From a bacterium (GTDB taxonomy: Bacteria; UBP15; UBA6099; JAJRTR01): a stretch of 32,296 bases of DNA. Of this stretch, positions 21,737 through 30,012 are shown in pieces. A program made the translations under genes and the position numbers. Numbering within the stretch: position 1 is the first letter of the stretch; each line of letters starts with the position of its first letter. The stretch lies in NCBI GenBank assembly GCA_024278215.1, contig JAJRTR010000014.1:1-32296 (forward strand), in the 5' to 3' direction. The notes below the pieces were generated by a model. That model was not told the DNA's origin. It was given only the letters and a program-made list of their open reading frames with translations, and searched no databases.

Positions 21737-22624
21737 TCATAATTTCGTATGTGATCTCATCACCCGGCCAAGCTGTCCGAAAAGATGCGCCGAGATGAAG
21801 AGGGCTATCCCGGATGTCAGGATGTAGCCAATACCGAAAAGTATCGTTCCGGCGGAAGCGATTATCATTACCGGAATCATGAGAAACATTGTGACAATAA
21901 CCGGAGTCGGACTTTGTTGTATCGCCTCGAAACAAGCCGGGAACTGGAAAACCACCCAGGGATTGCCTTCGATGATAGCCAGCGATGCTGCCGCAATGAA
22001 ATAAATATTGAAAGCGATCAGAAAAACGAAAAGTAGCAATCCCGCGAAAATCGCAATGATTTCGATACTAAGAAGTGAACCCAGAATGGCCAGAACCGAC
22101 CCTGTGAAAAGACCGACAAGGATGTAAACCAGGGAATACATCAAGCCCGATTTCCAATGGTCGCCGAGATTGAATTCCGGGACAGGCGAATCGATGGCGT
22201 TGCTTACCCTGCGGGCGAGTTCCACAAAATAACCGACCACCGCGAAGTTCAGCACCGGCACTATCAGGACCAGGCCGAGAAGCAGGCATTTCTTCAGCCA
22301 GTCGGGCTCTTTGAAGATATAAGAAAACGCCCGCGAACTGTCGATGCCTGCATCATCCGCGCGTGGAATGAATTCGGGTTCTATGCTCGGATCGGGCGCT
22401 TCCGCACGCGGGATGCTGCCTGGCGATGTATCTACCAGAGGCGGTAGAGTCCTTTTCTTTGCGGCCTTTTTATGTGATTTCGCAGGAGCAGCAGTTGCCG
22501 GTTGCGCCGGTATCGCGGCAGCTTTTTTCGTCGTCGGGCGCTTCGGTGCCTTGAACACTTTACCGCAATAAGGGCATTGTGTCGATCCATCCTTAAGTTG
22601 TTTTCCGCATCCTGTACAGAACAT
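21737..22624 (-). CDS. Zinc-ribbon plus DUF4013-type membrane protein
   Basis: N-terminal CxxC...CxxC, Pro/Ala/Lys linker, AFSYIFKEPDWLKK..LGLV..VPVLNF..GY, four TM segments. Confidence 0.8.
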   Translation of the reverse strand: MFCTGCGKQLKDGSTQCPYCGKVFKAPKRPTTKKAAAIPAQPATAAPAKSHKKAAKKRTLPPLVDTSPGSIPRAEAPDPSIEPEFIPRADDAGIDSSRAFSYIFKEPDWLKKCLLLGLVLIVPVLNFAVVGYFVELARRVSNAIDSPVPEFNLGDHWKSGLMYSLVYILVGLFTGSVLAILGSLLSIEIIAIFAGLLLFVFLIAFNIYFIAAASLAIIEGNPWVVFQFPACFEAIQQSPTPVIVTMFLMIPVMIIASAGTILFGIGYILTSGIALFISAHLFGQLGRVMRSHTKL

Positions 22625-22737
22625 ATTATTATCTTATTTCCTATACAATATAAGTGAAATGTTTTCGGCTCCCCCCGGATACTTACTTCCGGGGAATATA
22701 ATAGCTGACTTCCAGTTTTCAATTCGATTTCATGTCT

Positions 22738-22746
22738 ATTATAGCA
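22738..22746 (-). promoter_or_regulatory. Putative extended -10 promoter (TGcTATAAT) for the DUF4013-prmA operon
   Basis: Minus strand reads TGCTATAAT about 115 nt upstream of ATG 22624. Confidence 0.45.
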
Positions 22747-22814
22747 CAACAGACTATAAACTAATCAACCTTTAACCGTAAAGAATTATTGCATCGGGGT
22801 CAATTAATAATGAG

Positions 22815-22903
22815 AGGTATCCCTTTTAATCAAGCATATTGTGTAGTTGTTGTAACAAAGAACGCTGTAAGCAGCAATGCTTACCTGACTTAAGTGGATA
22901 CCC
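22815..22903. mobile_element. Putative miniature element with IS1595-like inverted ends
   Basis: AGGTATCCCTTTTAATCAAG ... CTGACTTAAGTGGATACCC inverted termini, related to 7946-7969; no target-site duplication seen. Confidence 0.45.
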
Positions 22904-23277
22904 CCTTGATATATTTCTTACGCGGGGAACCAGTACGTGAGACACGATATCGCAGCAAGCCGGTTTGATAATTGTTATCCCGGAGCTATCGACGAATACC
23001 GGAACCTCACAAATGGAGAAGATACATTAGGCACCGGTCTCGGCGTGAGCTTCCATTTAAGTCCAATGTTTTAACAACATCATATTCTCTCAGACAGCCT
23101 CCGGCGGTCGGTGCTCCCGTGCGTCATAAGCCTTGCTCGTTACACCTCCACGCAGCAATGACACTTCGTAATATCCGCACTGCTTCTCCTGTTGAAACAT
23201 GCAGCTGAATAAAGTATCATCATATAAACTTCTGGGAATTCATCGGCAGAGGAAATGAAGGTGGAGAGCGTATTATA

Positions 23278-24657
23278 ATGAACATTATCAAAGTGATATT
23301 AACAGCGGTAATCGGAGTACTGGTGTATGCGACAATTTCGGTGACGCCCGTGCGGGCCGAACTGCGCGCGGGGGCGGCGAAGGCGGTCATTACGCCCGAC
23401 AACCCGGTATATCTCGGCGGCTATTATTACATCAACACCCGCTCCAAAGGCGTACACGACGACATCTACACGCGAGTCCTGACCCTGAACAACGACGGCG
23501 AATCAATCGTTCTCATCGAAGTGGAACTTGTCATTGTCGGCGGCTATTTCGCGCGCGAAATAAGGCAGATGGTGAACAAAGAATTCGGGATACCACAGGA
23601 GAATGTACTCGTGAATGCGATCCACACGCACACTGGACCGGAGGGCTACTACGAGGAGTTCGGCAAGTACCCCAAGGAGTACGACCCCGAGATGAAGAAA
23701 ACAATGCAAAAGCGGATATTGAACGCCGTTCGCGCGGCGATAGCGAACCAGCAGCCCGCGACCGCCGTCGTGAAGGAAGTCGAACTCAAAGGCTTCTTCA
23801 GCAACAGGCACAACCCCGACGGACCGGTGGACTACAGGGGTATCATACTGCTGGTGCGCGACGCGGACGGCAAACCGCTGACGGGTTATCTCAACATGCC
23901 CGCCCACGCGACATCCGCGCCGGCGGAACAGTTGCTGATAAGCTCCGGATGGCCGGGCTTCTTCGCCGAAGCCATGCAGAACAAGATCGGGCCCGACGCC
24001 ACGTTCCTGTTCCTGCAGGGTGCCGCGGGCAACATCAGTCCGCGGGGCACAGGCGGCGGCGAAACGCCATGGGACGGCATCAAAATATACGGCGACAAAC
24101 TCGCCGACACTGTCTGGAACTATATTCAGGATATGCCCGCCGGCGCCTCGCAGTTCCCGCTGGCCGCCAGGATGGAAACTCTCATTGTTAAGGTTCGCAA
24201 GGGCAGCTCGGTAAGGAAATTCGCAAAAGCAATCCCCGAACGAATAAGGCAGATAAAGGAATCGGACCTTACTAAAGATGAAAAAGACAGACGGATAAAC
24301 TGGCTTACCGAACGCATGGGGATAGAGAACTTCATGCAGCCGATGATCAAGACAATGAGCCGGGTGCACAAAGGCCGAACGCGCACCTACGCGCAGGCGA
24401 TGCAGCTTGGGGATACGCTGCTGGTGGCCTTCCCCGGCGAACCCCTGTCGCAGGTGAGCATCGAGATGCGTCGTCGCCTCGCGCCGCGTGTTGTTTCCGT
24501 CCTCGGCTATTCCAACGACCACCTCGGCTACCTCACCACACAGGAAGTCTACGAAGAGGGCGGCTATGAAGCCGGCATGGGCATTTGCTATCCCGAGACA
24601 ACCTACGAGTTAATGGATGTCACGGAAAAAATGGCACGCGAATTGATTGCCGAATAG
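23278..24657 (+). CDS. Secreted neutral/alkaline ceramidase N-terminal-domain family hydrolase
   Basis: Signal peptide; ITP...LGGY...GVHDDIYTR, AIHTHTGP, PAHAT, QGAAGNISP, FPGEP, GYSNDHLGY, EGGYE. Confidence 0.85.
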   Translation: MNIIKVILTAVIGVLVYATISVTPVRAELRAGAAKAVITPDNPVYLGGYYYINTRSKGVHDDIYTRVLTLNNDGESIVLIEVELVIVGGYFAREIRQMVNKEFGIPQENVLVNAIHTHTGPEGYYEEFGKYPKEYDPEMKKTMQKRILNAVRAAIANQQPATAVVKEVELKGFFSNRHNPDGPVDYRGIILLVRDADGKPLTGYLNMPAHATSAPAEQLLISSGWPGFFAEAMQNKIGPDATFLFLQGAAGNISPRGTGGGETPWDGIKIYGDKLADTVWNYIQDMPAGASQFPLAARMETLIVKVRKGSSVRKFAKAIPERIRQIKESDLTKDEKDRRINWLTERMGIENFMQPMIKTMSRVHKGRTRTYAQAMQLGDTLLVAFPGEPLSQVSIEMRRRLAPRVVSVLGYSNDHLGYLTTQEVYEEGGYEAGMGICYPETTYELMDVTEKMARELIAE

Positions 24658-24723
24658 AAGTAACACAGCAGCTATCTGAAGCTACACCTGGCGTTCATAC
24701 GACAACACAAAGTCGACACGGCA

Positions 24724-24963
24724 CTATTCGCCTTCGATGTTGACAGATGCGGAGCCGATGTTGCCGACAAAGTCGCGAGCGCGCAACAGTAGTGTATGTT
24801 CGCCCGGCCCCGGATTTTCAACCTGGAACTTTACCTGCTCGTTCATCGAATCGAGTATGGCGTCTTCAGGAAACACCGTATGCCATTCGAGATCGTTCAT
24901 CGAGTACTCGATCAGTGTTATTGTGCTTGTGGGATCAGTGACAACGGCCTCGATTTCATAGCC
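24724..24963 (-). pseudogene. In-frame C-terminal Ig-like domain of the upstream gene, lying behind a premature TAA
   Basis: Same frame after TAA: GYEIEAVVTD...IEYSMNDLEWHTVFPEDAILDS...PGEHTLLLRARDFVGNIGSASVNIEGE, TAG 24724-24726. Confidence 0.8.
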
Positions 24964-27075
24964 TTAGAGCGGTTTTTTCCATTTTTTAACCGGAGTTTTT
25001 GACAACATCCGGATCTCGGGTCGTGTGTGGTCGATGATGAACGGCTCTGAAATCTTTTCGTCGGTTAATGCGCGCGCCTTCGGGTTGGAGTTTTCGTCTG
25101 TAACTCTGAGCCTGACTTCATACGTGCCGTCGGGCAGCGAGTCAGTGTCCCACTTGTAGTCGGAGCCGTATAGCTCGTCCTCGAGTTCGACCCAGGCGCT
25201 GTCGGGCAACCTGCGAAAATCGAGGCTGAACTTGAGGTCGTCTTTGTCGGGATCGTTGGCGGTCCAGTGGAATGTAATTTGATTGGAGACTGAAACCGAG
25301 CCGACGATAAGATTGTTTTCAGGCGGCCCGCTGTTTGCTTTGTTTTTTGCGGCAGCGGCTTTTAAAGCCGCGGGCAGATTGTTGTTTTTTTGTTGTGGAA
25401 CAGGTCTGCCGGCAGGTTGCGGAAGAGCAGTGATTTTTGTTATATAGGGAGCGCGGTTGTCCGTGAGGTAGTAGATACGCACTTCGCTGAGCAGAGGTGT
25501 TTTGCCTTCCGGCGAGGGCATGATCACAGCCTGGTACTGAATGTAGCGGCCTGGCGCGCTATCTACTTTGAAGGGCCATCGGCCCTGCGGCTCGGACCAG
25601 GTGTTCCAGGTGCCGTCCGTGGGGTCGGGTGTGTTGCCGGTGCGTGTTCGGAACTCGAGGGCCGCTTTCATGGGTACATAAGCTATCGCGTCGAGGTTTC
25701 CATAAGTTGCAGTTGTTTCGGCATCGTTGACACTGGAAATGAAGACGCCTTTGGGAAGCCTGGCGGGCGACACTTCGAAAATTGCGCCGGGATTGCCGGT
25801 TGCTATCTTGAGTTTTTCGCCGCTGCCGGTTATCGAGAGGACATATTTAGCGGGTATGCTCTGGAGCAGCGATTCTTCAGTTTCCGTATCGAAGATGTAT
25901 ATGCGGCCTTCGTCTCCGGTGCCGATGACCACTTCCTTTTCGCTTGCAAGATGCATGTCGAGGATGTAGGGGTCGGGCACTTCGAGCAGGAGCCGCGGCC
26001 GGCCCTCGGGCGTAACGAGATAAAGCCGTGCCGGTCTTACGGGTTGCTTATTGTCGCCCGGCATAGCGGGCGAGGCCGGGAAACTCATGGGTTGGCGTTT
26101 CACCGCCTGTCGCGGTGGCTGGCCCTGTGCGACCGAGGGCATCTGGTTCTGGTTTGCGGCCACGAGAAAGTTGCCGTCCGGCAGCGGCAGGAGCCTGTAT
26201 GCCTCTTCCTCTTCCATATCCAGAATCACCTTCACGCGCGGGTCCTGCGGAACACTGTCTTCTTCATCTGTCTTACCGGTATTTTCGCTGGTTGCGATAT
26301 CCGATTTTTCGATTTCATTTTCGCTGGTCTCGAGGTCTTCGATTTTCCCCATATCACCAGGAAAATCAGGAATCGACATCTTCGGCTGCTGTTTTTCAGC
26401 TTCTGCGATGTTTATTTTAAGTATCATTCCGCTGGGGCTGGAGCCTGTGTAGAGCCCTCCCTTGCCGTCGAGAAACATCGAAAGGAAGTGCTTTTCCGAA
26501 CTGGTGTACAGTGCAATGACTTTCTTTTCCTTATCTATCTTGTATACTCCGGCACCCGCGCCTGTGACACAGAACAGGTTGCCGTCACTGTCGAATTCCA
26601 TGTCCCACACATACATTGCAGGTAAAGTTGCGTATATTTCTTTCTTTCCTTTTTTATCTATTGAAAATATCTTGCCGCCGGGGAATACCGCGGCGAACAG
26701 ATTGTTGTTTTTGTTCACGGCCAGCGCGCTTATCCCGACACCCGGCAGTACGGCGTACTCGTCGGAATTTCCTTTTTTATCGATCCGGTAAAGTATCGCC
26801 TTGTTGCCGCTTCCGGCCCAGAGCACGCCTTTGTTGTCGTATGTCATCGACCAGAAATAAGGTTCTGTGGACGTAACGAGTTTCTCCATCTTGTAGCCCA
26901 GGGAGACACGGCCGTCTTCCGTCAGGGCGGTGCCGTTGAACTTCCCTTTGAAGAACATGTCGCTTCCGGCCTGCTTCCAGTAGCTTGTCGTATTCGCCAC
27001 AGCTGCCACGCAGGACAGAACGACAGATAGTATCGCAATCGCCGCCGCAGCCTGATATTTTCTGTTAGCAATCAT
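24964..27075 (-). CDS. Large secreted beta-propeller (WD40/NHL-like) plus FN3/Ig-like protein
   Basis: Signal peptide; repeated blades (YFWSM...LWAGSG..AILYRID; YVWDM...LFCVTG..VYKID); RTRTGNT.DP..TW..WS, RYIQY, WDTDSLPDGTYEVRLRVTD; TAATG overlap with the S55 gene. Confidence 0.85.
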   Translation of the reverse strand: MIANRKYQAAAAIAILSVVLSCVAAVANTTSYWKQAGSDMFFKGKFNGTALTEDGRVSLGYKMEKLVTSTEPYFWSMTYDNKGVLWAGSGNKAILYRIDKKGNSDEYAVLPGVGISALAVNKNNNLFAAVFPGGKIFSIDKKGKKEIYATLPAMYVWDMEFDSDGNLFCVTGAGAGVYKIDKEKKVIALYTSSEKHFLSMFLDGKGGLYTGSSPSGMILKINIAEAEKQQPKMSIPDFPGDMGKIEDLETSENEIEKSDIATSENTGKTDEEDSVPQDPRVKVILDMEEEEAYRLLPLPDGNFLVAANQNQMPSVAQGQPPRQAVKRQPMSFPASPAMPGDNKQPVRPARLYLVTPEGRPRLLLEVPDPYILDMHLASEKEVVIGTGDEGRIYIFDTETEESLLQSIPAKYVLSITGSGEKLKIATGNPGAIFEVSPARLPKGVFISSVNDAETTATYGNLDAIAYVPMKAALEFRTRTGNTPDPTDGTWNTWSEPQGRWPFKVDSAPGRYIQYQAVIMPSPEGKTPLLSEVRIYYLTDNRAPYITKITALPQPAGRPVPQQKNNNLPAALKAAAAKNKANSGPPENNLIVGSVSVSNQITFHWTANDPDKDDLKFSLDFRRLPDSAWVELEDELYGSDYKWDTDSLPDGTYEVRLRVTDENSNPKARALTDEKISEPFIIDHTRPEIRMLSKTPVKKWKKPL

Positions 27076-28829
27076 TACCGGTACTCCTTTTCGATTTTGA
27101 TGCCGACGGGATAAGTGCCCGCGATGATGTTGTCGGCGTGAAACCTCATTCTCGTGTAAGCGTCGAATATTCCCGATTTCCCGGTAACATTTTCAGCCAG
27201 TGTGTTTTTCATGGAAAGCGGTAGCCCCTGGAGTTCCTGCCCCATGATCCCGATTTCTTTCATTCTGTAAATTATTCTTACGCAGATCGTGTTTTCAGGT
27301 ATCCACCTATGCAGAACATCCCACATCTGGTCGAAGTTGGAAATGGGTATATCCTGTGGATAGCCGTCCTTGAAACCGCCGCCCTCGAACGACAGTATCG
27401 CCGGTCCTTCGGGCGCGACGGTGGGGATCGGGAATGTTATTTTCTTAACGACTTCATCACCGCCGTATGGCTTGAGCCTCAGGAACGCCGTTACATTGTC
27501 GCCCGGATGGAAAGTGCTGCGATCCACCGTTACACTGACGATGTCCATAACGTCCTGTGTGTGACTGATTGTAACCTTCACCACAGCTTCTTCGATCGCG
27601 ACGTCACGGTATGGGTTTGTCAGAAGGTTTGTGATATAGCCGAGAGGCGCGCGCGCGGAGAATCCTGACTGGCTGTATGCCATATCTTCGAAATGGAAAG
27701 GTTTGTCGTAGTCTTTTATGCGACCGTCGAGTGTAAATCGCACAGTGACCTCGTCGCTGCCGCCGGAGACTTCCGAGACAGCCTGCGCCACCGCTCCGAT
27801 CAGCAGGTAAGGTGCCAGAGATTCAATCTGCGCGATATCGACATTGAAGGTGCGGCTGCGCGCGAGTTCGGGATCGTCCACTTCGATTGTCAGAGGAAAC
27901 ATCTCGCTTTTACCGCCGATAGTGCCGGCGATGGCCGTGCGCTGGTCACGTTCGATCACGCCGAGCACTTTGCCCGGCGAACCCATTTTAAAAGATACCG
28001 ATTGGTTTGCGATCACCGTATGCACTTTGCCGCCGCCCATCGGGATAGCGGTGGGGCCGACATTGAAGAAAGGGTGTCCGAAGGCCAGGATGCGGTCGCC
28101 TTCCCGGGCTGTGATCGTGCCGAGGGCCGCCGCGCGCAAGTCGCCCGACATCAGCGGTGTGGTGATCACTCCACCCGGCTGCATATCGTTGACACCCGGC
28201 ACATCGTCGCCGATCATGCCGCTTCCGCCCGCTATGGGCATAAGGTTGTACTCCGAGAAATGCTGCTGAAAAAAGTCGATAGTTTCAGGGCTGAAACCGG
28301 CAAAGTATATCGGGGTGGCGATGGGCTGGAGCCGCGACGCGCCGCTTGCGGCGGGCAGCGCCGCGTTCAAGTCAGTCGAGCCGCCGGGGTCCTTTTTCTG
28401 AAGCTTTCTCCTGATCGCTTTTTTGTTTTTCGAATCGTCCATATTGTCCCAGAGTTCGGTCATGGCCTCGATAGGCGTGATGCCCGCGATGGGCTCTTTG
28501 CTCCACGGAAAAGCATAGGCTACGGCACCGATCAACTTGCCGTCGATATAAACAGGGCTGCCGCTCATTCCAGCTATAATGCCTGTAAATTCGAGATTCG
28601 CGCCGGATAGCCGGGCGAGTATCAGGTCGTGTCCGGCAATCGCGTTCGGCATAATATCGATTATGGTGGCCTTGAATTTTTCAGGTTGCGTGCCGCTGAA
28701 AACACTGTAGCCGGTGCCGATCATGCCCGGTTCGATCGCGTCTACCGGCATCACCTCGAGCGCCGCCGCGCACACGGCAACAGACAGCGCCGCAAACACC
28801 GCAAATAATAATGTATAAATTCGTCGCAT
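27075..28829 (-). CDS. Secreted SpoIVB-like peptidase S55 domain protein
   Basis: Signal peptide; GIIAGMSGSPVYIDGKLIGAVAY (catalytic Ser) and LGTIT...ILAFGHPF (His). Confidence 0.92.
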   Translation of the reverse strand: MRRIYTLLFAVFAALSVAVCAAALEVMPVDAIEPGMIGTGYSVFSGTQPEKFKATIIDIMPNAIAGHDLILARLSGANLEFTGIIAGMSGSPVYIDGKLIGAVAYAFPWSKEPIAGITPIEAMTELWDNMDDSKNKKAIRRKLQKKDPGGSTDLNAALPAASGASRLQPIATPIYFAGFSPETIDFFQQHFSEYNLMPIAGGSGMIGDDVPGVNDMQPGGVITTPLMSGDLRAAALGTITAREGDRILAFGHPFFNVGPTAIPMGGGKVHTVIANQSVSFKMGSPGKVLGVIERDQRTAIAGTIGGKSEMFPLTIEVDDPELARSRTFNVDIAQIESLAPYLLIGAVAQAVSEVSGGSDEVTVRFTLDGRIKDYDKPFHFEDMAYSQSGFSARAPLGYITNLLTNPYRDVAIEEAVVKVTISHTQDVMDIVSVTVDRSTFHPGDNVTAFLRLKPYGGDEVVKKITFPIPTVAPEGPAILSFEGGGFKDGYPQDIPISNFDQMWDVLHRWIPENTICVRIIYRMKEIGIMGQELQGLPLSMKNTLAENVTGKSGIFDAYTRMRFHADNIIAGTYPVGIKIEKEYR

Positions 28830-28840
28830 CTTTTACTCCG

Positions 28841-29614
28841 TCAACCGGCGAGAACTCCGCGCAGGTACTCGACGCACTTCGGCGCCGCCTCTTTTTCGTC
28901 TCCCTCGCCTGCATATTCCACCGCAATGAAACCGCGGTAATTCAGTTCCTTTATTATCTTCGCATACCTGCCGAAATCGAAATAGCCGCCACCGGGCTCC
29001 GTCTCCGCGCCCGTCATAACGGCGTGAGTATGCACTGTATAAAGCGTGCTTTTTTCAATTGATTTCATATCGTCCGTGAAAGCGTCGGTACGCAGATTCA
29101 GCCGCAGCCATTCCGAACCCACCTCATGCACTATCCGGTCCACATCGCCGTAAGACTCCACGAACGCGCCCCTGCCGCCGTTCACCATCCCGAGCACCAC
29201 ACCGTAGCGCTCGCCCATCATGCACGCCACCTGCATGCAGCGTATCATCTCGTCCCACTGCTCATGCCTGTTGTAGGCCGGCGTTCCGGCGGACATGCAC
29301 ACAACGGGCGCGCCCAGCACCGCGGCCACACCGCATACCAGCTCGATCTTCTCCATCTCCCCGTTCCTCGCCTCGTCCGAATCGAGGCCGAAATCCGTAT
29401 CCAGGGAAATCGCCGAAATCGTCAGGTGGAGGTCCACCGCAATACGTTTCACTGTCTGGAGATAATCCTCGTCGAGGCTGAAAAGATGCTGATCGGCTAT
29501 GGAGATTCCGCCGACCTTGAGGTCTTTCGCACACAGGGCCATCCACTGCAATAAATCCAGCTCGCCGCTCTCAAAACAGCGCCTGTACGACATCGAACTA
29601 CAGCCCAGTTTCAT
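28841..29614 (-). CDS. Sugar-phosphate isomerase/epimerase (xylose isomerase-like TIM barrel) family protein with degenerate metal site
   Basis: MKLGCSSMSY, AAVLGAPVV, YGVVLGMVN, VGSEWLRLNL, VHTH, NYRGFIAVEYAG. Confidence 0.8.
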   Translation of the reverse strand: MKLGCSSMSYRRCFESGELDLLQWMALCAKDLKVGGISIADQHLFSLDEDYLQTVKRIAVDLHLTISAISLDTDFGLDSDEARNGEMEKIELVCGVAAVLGAPVVCMSAGTPAYNRHEQWDEMIRCMQVACMMGERYGVVLGMVNGGRGAFVESYGDVDRIVHEVGSEWLRLNLRTDAFTDDMKSIEKSTLYTVHTHAVMTGAETEPGGGYFDFGRYAKIIKELNYRGFIAVEYAGEGDEKEAAPKCVEYLRGVLAG

Positions 29615-29777
29615 ATATTCAGAGTGTCTCCCGCAATCCTGTTCGACATCTCCGCAAACGGTTTTGTTCCGACCCCCGGCATAATGAAACAGGTTCTCGT
29701 TTTGTATGTATTTTTTTCACAAAGATCATTTTCATACGTTCCAACAATAATAGCACATAGTCAGCGGTAATTCTATT

Positions 29778-29791
29778 GAGCCAATTGGCTC
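29778..29791. repeat. Perfect 14-bp palindrome GAGCCAATTGGCTC made of two repeat termini
   Basis: Identical to the first 10 bp of the repeat terminus fused to its inverse; flanked by TATT on both sides. Confidence 0.6.
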
Positions 29792-29907
29792 TATTATAAT
29801 GATACCATTGGTTGTGCGACATAAAAGTGGATTTTTATAAATCTCAGCGCCCTGCCCATTTCGACGATGTACTGTCCATTTGCTACGGAATCAATTATGG
29901 GTGAGTG

Positions 29908-29937
29908 TTGATACCGGTGTGTATTTGGATTTATACT
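29908..29937 (+). promoter_or_regulatory. Putative sigma70 promoter for the cyclase-like gene
   Basis: TTGATA-N18-TATACT about 75 nt upstream of the ORF. Confidence 0.45.
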
Positions 29938-30012
29938 GATCCTGTGCGTTTTTTGCAGGACAACCGAATTTCCGGGATCATAGCCGGGATTTTTATTTGA
30001 ATCCGGAACAGT

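Noticed and set aside
22673..22694. GC-rich hairpin CCCCGGA-N8-TCCGGGG (also the imperfect stem at 31319-31353) as a terminator or attenuator
   Set aside because: No U-tract in the sense direction and no alternative structure evident; function unsupported
22905..23270. Possible riboswitch/ncRNA or small gene (ORF 22972..23208) in the long intergenic region
   Set aside because: No riboswitch core motif I recognise and no convincing RBS or coding signature; an Infernal/Rfam search would be needed
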